From Kiloniellaceae bacterium (GTDB lineage: Bacteria > Pseudomonadota > Alphaproteobacteria > Kiloniellales > Kiloniellaceae), in the NCBI GenBank assembly GCA_028280915.1, contig JANQKX010000147.1:1-35866 (forward strand): 35,866 nucleotides of DNA, read 5' to 3'. Both the position numbers and the translations under genes were made by a program. A model generated the notes under the pieces. The model saw only the letters and a list, made by a program, of their open reading frames with translations. It was not told the DNA's origin and did no database searches. Positions 34,459 to 35,866 of the stretch are shown here, one piece after another. Positions within the stretch are counted from its first letter, which is position 1. Every line of letters begins with the position of its first letter.

Positions 34459-35866
34459 ATGTCTATGACCAAATCCCCTAAGTCAATGGTTCAATCTATG
34501 CCCCGGTCCAGGGGCCTTGAGTCTCTGGATTTTGGATATGGTCAAAGGGGGCGAGGCCGGTCGTTCTGCCGCGTTGGTGGGGTTGTCATGGCCACCTGCG
34601 TCGGCGCTCTCATGATGTTTGGTGCGCCTTACGCGGCGGCGGATGGTTTCGGTAGCCGCGAGCGCAGCCCCGACTTTATCTGGCCCCATGATCCCTCGCC
34701 CCATGATCCCTCGCCCCATGATCCCTCGCCCCATGACCCCTTGCCCCATGACCCCTCGGCCCACACCGGGCCGGTCTTCGGCGACTTGCCCGAAGGACTG
34801 CCACATGCCAACGACGGCACCTTCGAGGGCGGCGAGACCGGTACGGTCGAGGACACCATGGTGGAAAATGTTCTACCCAGCGAACTGCAAAGGGAAGACG
34901 GCGGCTTCAACATGCCCACCAACGGGCCGCCCAGCCCGCTTTATGGTGCTCAAGAATTCAGCCAAAAAATGCTGCGCTTTGAAGAGTTTGGCTTGGAGCG
35001 CCTGAAGCACCGGCGCCATCGCCCGCCCCGGGGCTGGCAACCATTGCCCAGCCCCGCTGATGCCGCCAGTTCCCCCGACGGCGCGGCCCTGGACCAGTTT
35101 TTGGCCCAGGGTATTTGGCCGCGCCCGACCATGTTCGCCAATGAGCGGCACCTCAATCCCTGGCAGCTGAGCATCGAGAGCTATTTGGGGCGTCAGCTGG
35201 AAAGCCCGCCCGCCGAAGGGCGGCCGCCGGGATTGGGCTGGGCCCATCAACGCTGGGCGGAATTCAGGCCCAAGAAGTATTTCCAGACCGCCCAGACCGG
35301 CGCGCGGACCAATGGCGGCTTGCGTGACGACAAGCAGATGCACCGCTACGCCAGGGGTGAATTCGCACCGGGCGGCCTGTACCACAACACAACCGGCCTG
35401 CCGGGTTTCGAGGGAACCACCAAAGGGCTTGAAGTGCGCTTCCACCCGAAGATGCCGGTTCAGGACAGCGCCGCCTTGTGGACCTTCGACGGGACCTTTC
35501 CGCCGAAGCTGCTGAACGTGCGCTACGGCGAGCCCATGATGATGCGGCACTATAACGCCCTGCCCATCGACGTGTCGGCCAACCGGGGCTTTGGTGTTCA
35601 TACCATCTCGACCCACGAGCACAATGGCCATAACCCGGCGGAAAGCGACGGCTACACCAACGCGTTTTTCTTTCCCGGGCAGTTTTACGACTATCGCTGG
35701 CCCATCGCCCTGGCGGGCCATGATTCCATTAACGTTTTCGCTCGGGACCGGCGGGCCGGATCGCCCGACGGCCGCGGCGGCATCAAAAAGATTCGCGGCG
35801 ATTGGCGTGAAACCATGAGCACCCACTGGTTCCACGATCACATGCTCGATTTCACCGCCCAGAATG
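34459..35866 (+). CDS. Multicopper oxidase, 5' part (runs off the right edge), with an N-terminal signal-like segment and a His-rich pentapeptide repeat
   Basis: Not in the ORF track because there is no stop in the window. Frame 1 is open from 34276 to the end. ATG 34459 follows GGGAGAG. Hydrophobic segment VVMATCVGALMMFGAPYAAA. Copper-ligand motifs HEHNGH and HWFHDH, in WTFDGTFPPKLLNVRYGEP... context typical of three-domain MCOs. Confidence 0.8.
   Translation, partial: MSMTKSPKSMVQSMPRSRGLESLDFGYGQRGRGRSFCRVGGVVMATCVGALMMFGAPYAAADGFGSRERSPDFIWPHDPSPHDPSPHDPSPHDPLPHDPSAHTGPVFGDLPEGLPHANDGTFEGGETGTVEDTMVENVLPSELQREDGGFNMPTNGPPSPLYGAQEFSQKMLRFEEFGLERLKHRRHRPPRGWQPLPSPADAASSPDGAALDQFLAQGIWPRPTMFANERHLNPWQLSIESYLGRQLESPPAEGRPPGLGWAHQRWAEFRPKKYFQTAQTGARTNGGLRDDKQMHRYARGEFAPGGLYHNTTGLPGFEGTTKGLEVRFHPKMPVQDSAALWTFDGTFPPKLLNVRYGEPMMMRHYNALPIDVSANRGFGVHTISTHEHNGHNPAESDGYTNAFFFPGQFYDYRWPIALAGHDSINVFARDRRAGSPDGRGGIKKIRGDWRETMSTHWFHDHMLDFTAQN
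34684..34758 (+). repeat. 15-bp tandem repeat CCCCATGA(T/C)CCC(T/C)(C/T)G x5 inside the MCO gene, encoding PHDPS-PHDPS-PHDPS-PHDPL-PHDPS
   Basis: Units 1-3 are identical. Units 4 and 5 carry 2 and 1 substitutions. Read directly. The repeat explains the repetitive shadow ORFs at 34483..34806(-), 34619..35005(+) and 34629..34922(-). Confidence 0.95.

Noticed and set aside
34873-35841. 322-aa minus-strand ORF at the right edge
   Set aside because: It is antisense to the plus-strand frame-1 multicopper oxidase, which carries the HEHNGH and HWFHDH copper motifs. The minus-strand product has no recognisable features.
1-35866. Mobile element, prophage, genomic-island boundaries or a defence system
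   Set aside because: I saw no integrase, transposase, recombinase, tRNA attachment site, terminal inverted repeats or phage genes. I also saw no nuclease, helicase, methylase, reverse-transcriptase or toxin-antitoxin-like genes. Only the ATP-grasp gene looks compositionally foreign, and it lacks flanking mobility signatures.

Overview
This is a high-GC chromosomal segment with alphaproteobacterium-like gene content and codon usage, dominated by solute uptake and amine/amino-acid catabolism genes. I recognised no rRNA, tRNA, CRISPR array, transposase, integrase, phage gene or known defence-system gene. All family calls rest on motif recognition by eye, not on searches.

Gene order, left to right:
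- The 3' end of a gene entering from the left edge, then a convergent hypothetical gene.
- A minus-strand livK-H-M-G-F-type branched-chain amino-acid ABC operon (993-5710).
- A 630-bp AT-rich spacer.
- A roughly 10-kb minus-strand operon (6340-16394): two tandem glutamine-synthetase-like ligases, a PhyH-type dioxygenase, a PAS-only protein, a sigma-54 enhancer-binding protein and a PotDABC-type importer. A well-spaced -24/-12 promoter flanked by two related palindromes precedes it.
- An IPNS-like 2OG-Fe(II) oxygenase divergent from a DUF1989 gene.
- A lower-GC orphan ATP-grasp gene behind a 626-bp structured non-coding leader.
- A LysR regulator divergent from a TAXI-TRAP transporter, followed by Usp, Sel1-repeat, DadA-like FAD oxidoreductase and Asp/Glu-racemase-family genes.
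- A 17-bp x3.3 tandem repeat that fills a convergent gap.
- A TetR gene divergent from a non-pyrrolysine MttB-family methyltransferase, across a perfect 18-bp palindrome.
- A periplasmic binding protein coupled to a GGDEF-EAL protein.
- A roughly 960-bp AT-rich gap.
- A 3'-truncated multicopper oxidase, missing from the ORF track, with a (PHDPS)x5 His-rich repeat.

The best candidate for undescribed biology is the sigma-54-controlled twin-GS-like/dioxygenase amine locus together with its neighbouring orphan enzymes. I cannot assign a substrate from sequence alone.
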